DNA of 64,000 bases. It comes from Octopus bimaculoides (Eukaryota). The position numbers and the translations under genes are program-made. The DNA is taken from the NCBI RefSeq assembly GCF_001194135.2, contig NC_068981.1:149971398-150035397 (forward strand). Reading direction: 5' to 3'. Shown in pieces: positions 38,521 through 51,954 of this stretch (position 1 is the first letter of the stretch; each line of letters begins with the position of its first letter). The notes under the pieces were generated by a model. It was not told where the DNA came from and ran no database searches. It saw only the letters and a program-made list of their open reading frames with translations.

Positions 38521-41500
38521 TTAAATATTGTCTGTAATCTATTAAAAGAATTTGAACTCATATCTACTGAAAATCCTAATATACGTATAATACTTCTTTG
38601 CTTATAGTGTTAAATTGGACATTCCATTGGCATATATTTACAACAAACTAAATTAGCAAGCAAGGGATATAAACACATTTTATGGCAACGACAGATTATA
38701 ATAGAGTTTGGAAATTATTACGACTCCCACACCAACCCACGCGTTTTATTGTATTAAATTATACATTTGCATATATTTACACCTAGCTAAATTAAGCTAT
38801 CAAGAGATATAAGAACAATTTACAGGACTGCTGGAATGCAACGTGTGGATATTTGATATTATTACAACTCCCACGCACACCCACACGTTTTCACCATTTA
38901 CTTCTCTTCTATAAAAACACGTTTCGGTTATATTACACTAATTTTCCTTTTATATGTGATAATAGAGTGTCCCCTTAATGCTTGCACAGCACGACACAAT
39001 AGTTTAAGCATTAATGTGCTAGTTACACCCTTTACAAGCAAACTGAATTAACAAAGTCCACATTAAGTACAGTCCTTCATCAAATATGACGTCTATTGCA
39101 ACACAATTCTAGCTGCCACTAATTACATGCAAAACAAATATTTGTCTCTGCTCAAACTGCCTGCCAATCATTCAAGCGCACTCACACATTAAGAAATACG
39201 AGTAAAGTATACTCATCAACTATAAATAATTCATCCTTCAGCATAATGCATACATCAATATAAAATAATTAGAGAACCCCCAAAGAAACATATTTCGGCA
39301 AAAAATTACTATAACAAAAAAAAAAAAAACTGATACGCTACGAAGAAGCCAGAAAAGATTGCTCAAAAAGAAAGAAAAAACAGAATAGAATTACACCTCA
39401 TAAATATATACGAAGAAACATGAAGAAAAAACAAACAAGGATATAACATATGTTTATACAGTCGAAATGATAAACCAAACAATGAATTCCAATGTATAAT
39501 AAATTTGACACCATCATCATCTCTGCACGACTTCCTCATAGCAATGACAGAAAGTGAATACTGTTGTTAAGTACGATAGTGAAATTACCCAGATAAAGAC
39601 TCAAAAAGAAAGAAGGAAAACTAGAAAATGCCATAAATGTAATTTCCATTTAAAGCACTCTTTATTCTTAAAGTATCATCCACTTTCTTAATCAGTATTC
39701 ACCAATAAGCATAGTAGCTATCGCTCTGTTGGCCCGAAACATCAAAATTTCTACTCTCCTCGTGGTATACGATTGCATACTTTAAAAAATGATTGTTTGT
39801 CGATTCAGGTCATTACTAGTGCCCTAACCTTCTTTTTGGTTTTGATTATTGCATATAACATACATCTTTCCACCTATCTCTGTTGGTTTCTTTCTTTCTC
39901 TTTTTTTGTTTTTTTTTTTTAATGCATCTAATTTTCAGGGAATTTAGAAAATATCTATGTACCCGTTTCGCAATTACCAGTAAGAAACAGTATAGCACGG
40001 AGTGACAAAGTTGAAATTTGTAATTACAGACACGCTTTTTTCAACGCTAATTCATACACAAGATTCAGTCGACCCGAAATTATTGCAGAGTCATTTGCCT
40101 AAGATGCCATGCAGTGGCACAATCCATGTTACACGTGTCATTAAATGGATTAGGTTGCTACTTCTAGCAGATTAAGAGACTACTTTGAGAGCCTATTATT
40201 TGTATCATTAACTTATAAAAAGTTCAGTTATCAAGAGTATTGTGTAGAATTTGTAAACTGATATAAATTGTTTTACGGTTGATATGATTGAGGCATAGTG
40301 TCCTAACTGTTCGGTCTCACTGACAACCGAGATCATTATACTATCAATCATTGTATTTATATATATANNNNNNNNNNNNNNNNNNNNNNNNNNNNNNNNN
40401 NNNNNNNNNNNNNNNNNNNNNNNNNNNNNNNNNNNNNNNNNNNNNNNNTATATATAGGTGAATTTACCCTAATACTACTTATACAACTAAAATTAAACGT
40501 AGTGCCATCAACACCTAGTACATGATGAGAGTTGATAACCTGGAATAGCAGATATTGTAGACATCTACTGTCTTACGCTGCAAAATCTAAAAACATTTTG
40601 TTTCAAAACAAACCAGATCTACAAGCAATTATCTATCATTTTTACAGTACGTTGGTTTTTCTAAAAGCGACAAAGAATCGTTACAGCTATAGGGTATCCA
40701 GGGAGATGAATATCTGAATTTTTTTGAAAACTTTTCTTCGTTCTTTATGGGTATGAGAGCCTAGATCTGTGTAAGTGTGTGTGTGTGTGTGTGTGTGTTT
40801 GTGTGACACTCACCCACCCATGCGCGTTTGTTTCACCAAAAATACACCCTGTGATTAATCGACGAACTCGAAATAGCAGCGAAGTTTTCCACAAATCATA
40901 TACCTTACTTTAAAAACAAGAAAAAGCATATATGCAGACAGTCACATGTGTGTATGCATGCGTGTGGGCGTGTGTGTGTGTGTGTGTATTTATATATTTC
41001 TGTTATTGCTTGCAATATATCCACTACCATTTCGCTTTATTTATAAAAGTATGTCTACGTATATTTAGTTTTCTTTTCTAAATGTGTACATACAATTAAC
41101 CTTACATGTTTGTGTACATCACCGTCTGTAGCTTTGTGTGTTAGTATTCATTTGTGAGAGTTGTGTGCAAATATGCATGTAGACCTATGTTGTTATATAT
41201 GTGCATCTATTCAAATGCAACAGAAAAGTGAATCAGTGAAAATTTCTTCAGAATGATGTTTCATTCAAATAAAACGACCAGATAATCGCAATTTCAACAG
41301 GTGACTGTTACACTCTTGTAAAGAATACGTGAATAGTATACTTTCAGCTTATAATAGAAAGAAATTCAATTTCCCGTATGGTGTTCATGTAATTGTTTTG
41401 TGTTGTAGCTGTTGCTGCTACTGCAATATTTATTGTTTGGTAAAAGAGTTTCACAAACAAAGGTAGATAAATTAGTGAGCATGACAGGTTTGTGATTTTC

Positions 41501-44500
41501 ATTTAGTGTTAATGTTCTGAAGTATAATACAGTAGCGTAGATGTAGTTTGGTAACACAATATTAGAGTGTTGCTGAGTACTCTTTGAAGTTTGTTCTAAT
41601 ATGTCATCTATCATGTTGGTGTTAATCTATTTTGCAAGGATGCAACCAAATTTCTATATTAACTATTTGATTTGTTACTTTAAAAGCAATTATGTGATTT
41701 CGTCTGACAGTGAATGGACGTTGGAACATTGATCAAAATGTTACTGAAGAGACTCGATTTACTCTAACAGTTTACATCTCTAAATCCAGAACAGGCTAAA
41801 AGGCAATCGGATGCAAAATTACTAAAACACCATCTACATGAAAATCAAAACCCAAGTTGGAATGTTCAAAGTATGGAACATTCATCAAAAATCCACCATG
41901 AAATAATGCAGTGAAGAAAATTGATAATAGCTAAAGAATGATATATTATTTCTATAAGTAGAGGACACAAAACCAGACGTGTTTGAATCTTATTCTGATC
42001 TCATTAGCGAAGAGTAAACTTCTGAGATCTATCGGAATAATGATATTACAATCATTAGATAAAGATATTAGAATGTATACTGGTCGGTATACATAACTGA
42101 ACACATTGCACTAACTGTGCGGGCATTCAAACATCAGAAATACCCAGTATTTTATTATTGTTACTCATTCTGACAAATGGATAATTCTCCGTAGTACTTT
42201 AATGTTTAAGTGAAAAAACACTTTTCCAAGAAGATATTTTTGCATTTATTCTCTTTGAAGAAATATTTCTTTTTTTTTTATTGCTTTTGCGGTAGATTTT
42301 ATGCTGCATAATTTTATGACTTATTGTACAACATGAACACTTGAACCTTTTCTCAAATACTAACAGAAATATGAGGCGTTTCCTAAATAACAGTAGAAAG
42401 TAGTTCGCTTTAAGAATAGGGATCAAAGAAACAATTTAGCTGTAATCTTTACATACTACTTTGAATGCGTGATATTAGTAGCAAACGGTGTCATTTGGGA
42501 TGCATATAGACTCAGAGGTTTTAACGTTTTAAAGAGCATAAGTATGCTTAATGTTCTGGGCTCTCTAGAAACATTCCTTGATGAAGAGGTATTTCGCGAA
42601 TTGAAAAGCACATTTCAGCTGTTCCCTTTATACACTATCTTTCTCTGCAACGTGAGCATTGTTTTGACATAGAATTCAATGTTGACAATATATTCATGTC
42701 ACAATCAAGACTCGGATCATAGTAAAAAAAAAAACTATTCTTTTGAGGTGAACGCTGGCAAGATTGGCTTATCTTGTCTACTTTAAGGCAATGTTGCTAT
42801 TCAGGCTCAGATACATGCTCGCGACAATCGTTTCACACATTGTGCCTTCTTCGAGCCTTTGCTATATGTGTTCTGGTCTAATACAATGTGTGTGTGAAGG
42901 AAAAAAAAAGTGCGAGAGGTATTTGAGAGTTAAATCAAACAACTCTAATCGAGCAATGCATGTGTGTGTGCACGCGCGCGCGCGTGTGCATGTGTGTGCA
43001 GTCGATTGTCGCCTGCTACGATGAATGCGTGTACTTTTATGCGCCAAGCGCCTATAAGAAAGCATCTCTCAAAGCTAATAACGCAGCATTCGGTGTTCTC
43101 ACAAGATATCTATGTTAAGTTGAATGCAAAAATTACCTTTTAGTATTAATACTGCTTTCGTCATTAGTAATTAATATTTAATGTGCCTGCTGTCTGTTTA
43201 TGACATCAGTGTCTGAAAAGATGCTGGTAGTCTCTATATTAAGGCAACGAGATTTTACTGACATGCTTGGCAATGATGAGATCCAGTAAATCGAAATCAT
43301 GCGAATTGGAAATTCCGGCACCTATGACAGACAACTCTTATCTGCTACGATCTATGCGTGTGCTTCTATGCACCAAACTCCTATAAGAGAGGATCCCCCA
43401 AAGACTAATAACACAGTATTCGGTGCTTTAACAAGGCATCCATGTTAAGTTGGATAATAAAGACTAACTTTTGGTAATTCGTCTCTTTAAAAGTGTGGTA
43501 CGTAAATATATCACTCCAGCAAAATGTGAAGAAGCTACTGAGAATATTTGTCTTTTATATATACCAAGAGAAGGAAGATAATTTTCTGAAATCGTGTTCT
43601 GACTTTGTTGTAGTGTTTTTAACGCATTTAGAAAAGGTCATTTGCTTAGCTGACATAGTCTTGGTATAGTAGTTAACGTTTGTAAAGACTACATTTTTTT
43701 CAAAGTCAAATATGTTGTAAGTATTACTCATTGTACCCCACCAATATGTAAGATGATGGGCTGAAATGTTCGTAGGCTGGCTATGGATGTGTGACGCCAA
43801 ATATGTGATATTTTGTGTGCCTTAATTTCTACTTTTATTCATAACTGCTGCATTTTTTTCGTTTCTCTATTGCTGGTCCTTTTATTCTTCTTTTATAATT
43901 TCTTTGCATCTGAGATGATTATAGAAATGTAAATTGAACCACAGGGAACATGTCACAGAAAATAATATAAGAAAATATTTAAAATATGCTTAAAGCATTG
44001 TTTTATTTAAGTCACTGAATAAATTGTGATATTTTTACGTTCAACTAACATACACTGAGTTGTCATTCTATACAAACCATACATTATCAATTATCAAGAA
44101 ATAGAAAAAAATATTTGTTAAATCGATTAAACTATTATTTATATTATTTAAATGAAATTTGACAATTGTTTCATGTGACTACATTTGTGTTTGGTCCTGA
44201 GCAAAGATTGTTACATTTCTCTTGTGATATTATTTTTGTTCACCTGCAAGTCGACTCCAGTACTTGACTATTACATTAATTTATCGGCCACAAAAGAAGG
44301 GATTGTAAAACTGAGATTGCCGAGAATTAAACTTAGAATATAATGGAATGTAAATAGCAGGAAACATTTTATCTGTTCTAATGAAAACTTGAGCTGATCT
44401 ACAACCAAAATTATTCCAACCATGGTCGTTCCAAGTTATTTTCTTCTTTTGTTTTCAGCAGGCATACTGAACACTGAACAACATTATTCAATATATCTGC

Positions 44501-45349
44501 CATATCATATATACATATATATATAGATAATTTGAAGAAAGATTTGAATGCTACTTCAGACAGAGAGATCACTTGATATGATCGAAATACCATCCAAGTG
44601 ATAAGTGGTTTCTTCTTCGAATCGTCGGTTGTACTGCATAGATTTTAGTTACAGGGGTTTGATTATAAAACAATCGTTTCTAAATTTATCTGAAACAAAG
44701 CAAACTCAGCCTACTGTTACTTATCGCGAAATTCCTTCAGCTATACATTGGGCATTGTCGTCCTATCTAACCAAATCAAGAAAGAGTCAAGTCCAGAATA
44801 TCTATGGTAGCCGATTTCCTTCAAGAGGTCTAGCCTGGTCAGTCAGTGTTGACCAAAGCTAAATAATTGCAACAACCATCACAAGCCATCAGAATCCTCT
44901 GATTTGAGGCTCAGTTTTTTCAGTGTTAACAGGCAAAAAGATTTATTTACGTAATACCCTATCATTTACAATCAGATCCCTTTTAGGTAAAAAGTCGAGA
45001 AGAGACCCATTTATGCTATGAACTGCAACGAAATTTCACTCACGCATATTACACACTAATTCCATAAGAAAGGCAGTATATGTTTAGTTCTTACAAAATG
45101 GCAGCATGTCCATTGCTATAACACCATGATAGAATCTTCCGAGCAAGGGTTAAACAACGAGAAATTTGAAAAACTTTACAATGAAGCACATTTATAATTG
45201 CAATATTATAAATATATATGCACCTATTATTTTGTATCCTCGAACAAAGAGTTTGACATTGACATTTTTTTCTGTAGTTTTAATATCTTTCCTGTGTATA
45301 ACTCTGGAAGATGTACACTGGATAAATACTTATTCACTATACTCTAGAT

Positions 45350-45644
45350 CAGGGGTTTTCAAACTGGGGTCCGCGGACGGCAGGGGGTCCGCAAGGACAA
45401 GATAGGGGGTCCGTCGACAGCAAATACTTTTTTATGGGCAATTTGATTTTATATATGTTTTTTAATCGAAATCTTTTAATTGACAATAAACTTATTTGTT
45501 AAATACTGGTAAGTAAATAGATGTAAAAATATGTTATTTCAAGCAAATATTTATGTATAAATTTCATAAGCGTTTATAAGGGGGTCCTAAGGTAAAGCCT
45601 GAAATATAAAGGGGTCCGCAAGTCAAAAAGTTTGAAAACCCCTG
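45350..45644. mobile_element. hAT (Charlie-like) MITE, 295 bp
   Basis: Perfect 16-bp TIRs CAGGGGTTTTCAAACT (45350-45365) and AGTTTGAAAACCCCTG (45629-45644); perfect 8-bp TSD CTCTAGAT (45342-45349 and 45645-45652); five GGGGTCC subterminal motifs. Confidence 0.95.
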
Positions 45645-46118
45645 CTCTAGATATAAATCAAGATGTTTTTCTTTGTTTCATTCGCCCTTTGCTACTCAAA
45701 AATTTCGCAAATTTTACTAACTACATAGAAATATCTCAAGTTAAATCGTAGGGGAAAGTCATTTTAGTTAATCATATCCTTTGAATCCCACACTCCTTTA
45801 AGATACCGAGTTCAGCTTTTGTCCAATTAGAGATTGCTAGACTGCAGAATACAACAACGATGAAGCGATGTGTAAACTATAAGAAATAATGTTGCTAAAT
45901 TTTTGTTCCGCATTGAATTACTCATAGATTAGATAGTAAACAACTAATATACAGCACAGTGGGATGGGAAACTTATTAAACAGAAGTACATGATATTCAT
46001 TCTTAAGGCTGGAAACAACACAAAAGTTAAAAGTCCAATGATCAAACACCAGCGAAATATATGAGATATTAAAATGCGCGCGCACGCACACACACACACA
46101 CACACATACACACACACA

Positions 46119-46176
<58 letters not shown>

Positions 46177-46912
46177 GGACTATCGACACAAAGGGTGGTA
46201 GACAACATGAGACGAACAAGTTTTAACAAATGCTCTATTGCCTAAATGCTTATAAACAACGGTAAGAGTAATTACGTGTAGGACATTAGACTTTCATCTG
46301 AAGATTTTATATGAGGACAAGATAAGGCAGGAAAGTGAATGAGATGTTTTTCTTGGAAGTGAGGAGGGATGAGGTGTGTACAAATTGGAGTTTGTCCCTG
46401 TATTGATATGAACATAGGGGGAATATGTATATGAGTAGGGGTGTGCAAGAGTCGTAGAATGGTGGTATGGAATATTAGGAGCGTGGATGAAGAAAGCATA
46501 GAAGTAATCGTGTTGTGTGTGAAGTGAGATGACAGCAGGTGCGAGTATGAGGTAAAAGAGGGGACATGAAAATGTGAATGGTGTAGTAGAAAGAATGTCT
46601 GTGGTGGTGGGTGGGTGTAACGGTATGGATATGAGAAATCAGAGTATAGAGGAGAAAATAGAGAAAGAAAAAAAGAAATTATTTTTCTTCGTTTTACATC
46701 CATATGAAAGATATTTCTCAATTTTAACATTTGCATTGCCTTTCGTTTTCTACATTCCAACGATGAAGGAGGTAGATTTATACCTTCCTTGCAGGAAGAT
46801 TTCAATCAATTAAAAATAGATGAGAGCACAAACACGTATACAAATTAATATCTTAAACGGTAGAAGTAAGATAGTGGCACAAGAACCGAGACTTCTGTGA
46901 ATGCTGCTTATC

Positions 46913-46957
<45 letters not shown>

Positions 46958-46992
46958 ACACACACATACACACACACACACATACACACACG

Positions 46993-47046
<54 letters not shown>

Positions 47047-48596
47047 TAAAATCATTTTTGGATTGTTCGTGAACAATTTGAATAGGAGAATCATGTGAAG
47101 AATGCATACTCTGCCCATTAATCAGTTAACGACATAAATTTACCAAACACGCATTCATTTATTCTTTCAGTGAAACATAGACATACTCACATAAGCACAA
47201 ATAATAGATCACCCTCAATTTCGATGAGAAGTAATTAATTATTCTAAACAATGATTATTCCTCATTGGACGAGTATATAAGGGCTAGAAAAATAATTTTA
47301 GCCAAACTAGCAAGACACATTAATAAACACGGAATATTTGACTAAAACGAATTTTCAGACAGTTTCTGCTGATCCAATTTCACACAGTTTGTGTCGAGCC
47401 GCAGTTCTGGTAACGACATTAGCTAAGCTTCTACGCAGTGGTATTCATCAGAAGATATCGTAATTGCGATATTTGGTCATATGTCATATTGAAGCTCAAT
47501 ACTTATTAGTAAAGTATACATTAACTTTTCCACGAAAAATACGGACAATGACTTAGAATTTCGATTTGCTCATCTTTATCGGACTGGGCTATACACGGGT
47601 TATTTTTGCCATGATATAGACATAATGCGATAATAGTTACCTGGATATTGTTGAAACAATTGTCAACCATGAAACACATACATACATAAACTATGCTCTT
47701 AGTTCTTGGTACTATTTGTGCATCCCTAGCCCAAAATGTATGCATCGCATACAGCGCTGGATTGGTATTTGATATATTCTGGAAGGATATATGGAGATAT
47801 ATTTGTTACATACCTGTGTTTAAAAGGGCATGTATACAAGAAACGTTATTGCTGAGATTGGGAAAGAGAGTATTTAGGCAGACATTTTCTGAGGGTATTA
47901 TAATTTGTAACTGTAGAACTTTAGGAAATTGTAACAGAGTTTGTTGACTGATAAGATATGTTGTATGTTGTTTGTAACGGAAGAGCAACGAGAAAGATGA
48001 GAGAGAGAGATTACTGTTTTTCAGCGCGAAAATGTTATCTTTGAAATGTCGTAGAACTTTAAAGATACTTAGTTTGCAAGTAGAGACAAACTAAGAGTTA
48101 TAGTTCAGCATTTAGATCTAAAACAAAAGCAGACTTTGTTAAATGTAAAGGTAGAGAGATGGAAGGGCTTGTTTCTGCTTTGTATGGTTCTGTACGGAGC
48201 AATATTTTCAAATTAATGTTAAATGAGTATGTGTAGATCATATGTATGCATGCATCATAATACATAAGTATATCACCGCGTTCGCTTCATCAAAGTCACA
48301 TGTACATTACGCTACTGAATACAATAGCCATATTAATGCTCATATGAAGGTCACTGGACAAAAAGGCCAATCCAAGGAACATAATCATAAAGGGTTTAAG
48401 GGTTTGTATTGTTCTATCTGTTTGTTAATTTCAATGCATTTTTCCAATCCATGATATCCGTTCCGGTTTTGTTTTTCTCGTGTTTGAGACCAGTTGTAGC
48501 ACTTTCAGGTCACCAATAGCAAAGAGCCTGAGCTATCATTTTCCTTTGGAGCCATACCCGAAGATATTGATTGATTTTCATCTCAATTTCATAAGA

Positions 48597-49280
48597 TTAT
48601 ATATATATATATATGACTATAAATATAAATATTGTTAGGTGCACTTTTTGATTTTGTCACATACACATCGTGCGATTTGAGTGCAATACCCAAACCACTT
48701 GGCCACACGCTTTCCCACGTACGCACACGCGCGTGTCTGCTTTAAACTAAAGTATCTAAATCCCCACTAAAATACATTTATTATACGCACAATGAATTTG
48801 TTAATCTGTTGTCTAATTTTCTTAATTATACTTCGGGCTTCCATATTCCATATATATGTATGTGTATGAGAGGGATAACTTCCCTTGGCAAAACAAACAG
48901 GACACAGAAGTGTGTCGATAAGCCAGCTGGGGGAGATGTCCTCCTGGGGCTAAAAGCAACAGTAACATCCACCCCTAGGGGTCAGCCACATTTAAGTGGC
49001 AATATACTTCACTTTATATATATATATATATGACTATAAATATAAATATTGTTAGGTGCACTTTTTGATTTTGTCACATACACATCGTGCGATTTGAGTG
49101 CAATACCCAAACCACTTGGCCACACGCTTTCCCACGTACGCACACGCGCGTGTCTGCTTTAAACTAAAGTATCTAAATCCCCACTAAAATACATTTATTA
49201 TACGCACAATGAATTTGTTAATCTGTTGTCTAATTTTCTTAATTATACTTCGGGCTTCCATATTCCATATATATGTATGT
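48597..49280. repeat. Two identical 267-bp direct repeats (48597-48863 and 49014-49280) with a 150-bp spacer
   Basis: Base-by-base reading shows no mismatch; the offset is 417 bp. Confidence 0.95.
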
Positions 49281-49754
49281 CTCTTTATTTCACGCTATCT
49301 ATTTTCATCTATCTCTATATATGTGCATGTGTGTATGAATATATGTTCGTAAGGATTTATGTATACGTTATTGATATTCAATTTATTAATGAAAGCAACG
49401 ACATAATGGATAGCTAGAGATTAGATATTGATTATATTTGTAGTATCTGATACCGGAGAAAATGAAGTTAAACTCCCGAGCACAATATAGGGGACGGCTC
49501 TCAAAACCTATACACGAAACTCATCACTAGCGGGCGTGTAACGAAAAATCTACGCATTTTCTCGACCAATGAGAAATAAGTTACATCATACGTGAATCAG
49601 TTTAACCACATAAAAGTAGTGTTGAATGTAGCCCTAGATTTACAACAAAATATGGGCTGGTCATCGTTCGAAATGATCTCATCATGAATGTATTGTATCA
49701 TGTATTGTATACTTAGTGTTAAACAATAGCAACAATTCACTACCAATCAACAGA

Positions 49755-49820
49755 GTAAATAATAGTTAACGACTTGAAGTAAATAATAGTTACTTGAATA
49801 AATAATAGTTAACGACTTGA
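49755..49820. repeat. Short tandem repeat GTAAATAATAGTTAACGACTTGAA x3 (24/20/22 bp)
   Basis: Seen directly. Confidence 0.9.
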
Positions 49821-50244
49821 CCATAAAACTACCACATGTAATCCCGTTCGATCCAATTTAGAAATATTATGTCTAAAGAAAAGATTGAATGATTTGAGCT
49901 TACTTAAAATGCGTTTAATTACAGGTTTGTTTAAACAGAACTTGCCCTTGGTTAAACAAGAACAACAACTGAATGCTAATTGCATTATTTTCAGGCAAAT
50001 ATCGTAAATTGTAGGGAAAAGAGAAAGTTGAAAATCTAAAAGATGTTCATTGATAGGAGAGACGTAAGCGAAATAACAAAAGGTTAAATAGATAGTACAG
50101 CCTTCTTCTGATATGAATTCGCTTGGTATTGCTTTAGTATCAACGAAATAAATTTAGCATCAGAGCGTAAAGTGTCATTATTAAATACATCCAGACAATT
50201 TGTCCGTATTCTATCAATCCAGTCTCATAGAAATATTGATTTAA

Positions 50245-50470
50245 AGCATTGGAATAAGGCCTCGAATTTAAAGGCTATGAATAATCGATTAAACTAATCT
50301 ACTATCCCAACCACACTCCCCAGCGTCAGTACTTTACTGCTATTTTATTTTATCGACCCCAGAAAGATACTGGGTAAATTTGACCTCGGCGAGAATTTAG
50401 ACTCTGGACAAAATAAACGGTTGTAATTAAATATCGCGAGACGTTCAGTCCGCTGCCAAACTAGTGCCAT
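50245..50470 (-). mobile_element. SINE family A (diverged)
   Basis: TTTTATCGACCCCAGAAAGAT...AAATTTGACCTCGGCGAGAATTTAGACTC. Confidence 0.7.
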
Positions 50471-50581
50471 ATTGATTCAATCGGCTGGCATTCAAAGATG
50501 TTAATGGAAAAATAATAGAAGATTTTATATCTACTCCATATTAAATTGGCCATTCCCGTAGACCACACCATTTTCGATGTT

Positions 50582-50805
50582 ATCATCATCATCGTCGTCG
50601 TCGTATCTTTGTCACTGTTTTAGTAGACGCCTTCCGAAGCATTATCTTCAAAACCATCATGTTTATCACTGACGCCGCCATCATCATCATCATCATCATC
50701 ATCGTCGTCGTCGTCATCATCATAATCGTCGTCACCATCGTCCTTATCGTCAACATCATCATCGTCACCATCATCATTATCGTTATCATCATAATCATCG
50801 TAATC
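50582..50805. repeat. Degenerate (ATC)/(GTC) trinucleotide tract
   Basis: Seen directly; it explains the poly-D, poly-M and poly-I ORFs. Confidence 0.9.
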
Positions 50806-51362
50806 ATTCACTTTTCTTCCTCTTCCTACTTCATCATCGTTGTATTTGTTTAGCATGTGCTTCTGAAATGTTATCAAATATTTTAATATCATTACATTTC
50901 CAATAATCTCCTTTCATTGATTATTTTTCTATATTTCTTGCAAATTATTCGGATGTTAGGTTTCATAATCTATTAATAAGTTGTTTCCCTTTAATCTGTA
51001 CAGTGACTATGAGAAGTTGTATTTGTTAGAATTGATTGAGTAGCATTCACTTACTTTCCCGTACGTTCTGGTTTCAAATCAAGCCGAAGATTGACTCTAA
51101 CTTCCTTCTCTCGGTATTTGATGAAATAAACTGAAGTGAAAAATCTAAATGTCTATATAGTGGAATCTTTTCTTATCCACAAATTATATTAAGATATTTA
51201 GCGGAAAACGACGTCTATTACGATGCCTTGAACTCAGTAATTGTAGAATTCTTAACTTCCATGTTATGGACACGTCTTATTGTTAATATGTATGCGTGCA
51301 CCCGCGCTCACAAATACACACACACACGCACAAATAAACACACACACACATTTATATATCAG

Positions 51363-51612
51363 TTGGCAATAGCAAGCAGTAGAATGCAGTGATCTTGCAG
51401 GGGTAAACGTTTTGCGTTATTTCGTCCGTTATTTCGTCTTTTGGAGTTCTAATTTCGCCAAAGTCGACGGAATTTGAACTGCCACATAAATTATCGGTCC
51501 CCTTTTGGAGTCAATAAAATAAGTACAAGTTGATCACTGGGTTTGACATAAACGACTTAACACTTCCCTCGAAACTTGCTGGCCTTGTGCCAAAATTTCA
51601 AACGATATAATA
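51363..51612 (+). mobile_element. SINE family A (diverged)
   Basis: GGAGTTCTAATTTCGCCAAAGTCGAC ... TTTTGGAGTCAATAAAATAAGTACAAGTTGATCACTGGG ... GGCCTTGTGCCAAAATTTCAAAC. Confidence 0.75.
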
Positions 51613-51627
51613 ATCGTTTGTAGTTAC

Positions 51628-51672
51628 CACAACGTTTCGGCTGATTTATTCTCCAGCCTTCAACAGGTGTCC
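51628..51672 (-). ncRNA. Hammerhead-like motif, mutated core (CUGUUGA)
   Basis: Minus strand GGACAC CTGTTGA A GGCTG-GAGAATAAAT-CAGCC GAAA CGTT GTG: perfect 5-bp stem II, CAC/GUG stem I, and A6 changed to U in the core. Confidence 0.5.
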
Positions 51673-51731
51673 TAGTAGAATTTTGAATTCAAACCTGGGT
51701 TCTCATTCCTGGGATATATTTTTTTTGCTGA

Positions 51732-51732
<1 letters not shown>

Positions 51733-51810
<78 letters not shown>

Positions 51811-51904
51811 TATTCAAGACACCCACTACGAGCATATAGCGTAATGGTTAAGAGAGCGGGCTACTAACCCCAAGATTGCGAGTTCAATTCCAGGCAATGC
51901 CTTG

Positions 51905-51953
<49 letters not shown>
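51733..51953. repeat. (TTA)n at 51733-51814 and (AAT)n at 51905-51953, an inverted pair around the tRNA-like head
   Basis: Seen directly. Confidence 0.95.
51830..51900 (+). ncRNA. tRNA-like SINE head (pseudo-tRNA, Pol III promoter)
   Basis: A-box TAGCGTAATGG (51837-51847), anticodon-loop-like CTACTAA (51861-51867) in a GGG/CCC stem, B-box GAGTTCAATTCC (51880-51891). The T and acceptor stems do not pair properly, so it is not a functional tRNA. Confidence 0.7.

Positions 51954-51954
<1 letters not shown>

Larger units (their letters stand above)
2536..40448. other. Assembly gaps (N runs): 2536-3337, 3933-4032, 7113-7126, 7801-7810, 14052-14212, 18025-18517, 19420-20112, 24795-25356, 35480-35930, 36681-36690, 40368-40448
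   Basis: N runs seen directly; most are bordered by (TA)n or (CA)/(TG)n on one or both sides. The long X-rich ORFs in the track come from these gaps. Confidence 0.99.

Noticed and set aside
41366-41614. Minus ORF with NYIYATV, faintly like the R4 LIYAAA motif
   Set aside because: Flanking motifs do not line up; too weak to call.
44600-45160. Possible LINE RT relic (INGSLLDF...) on the minus strand
   Set aside because: No QG or YADD motifs recognisable; not supportable.
50620-50892. Acidic poly-Asp ORF on the minus strand
   Set aside because: All frames are low-complexity readings of an (ATC)/(GTC) tract; no splice or homology support.
51830-51900. Functional tRNA with anticodon ACT
   Set aside because: T and acceptor stems do not pair and the anticodon stem has only three pairs; treated as a SINE head.
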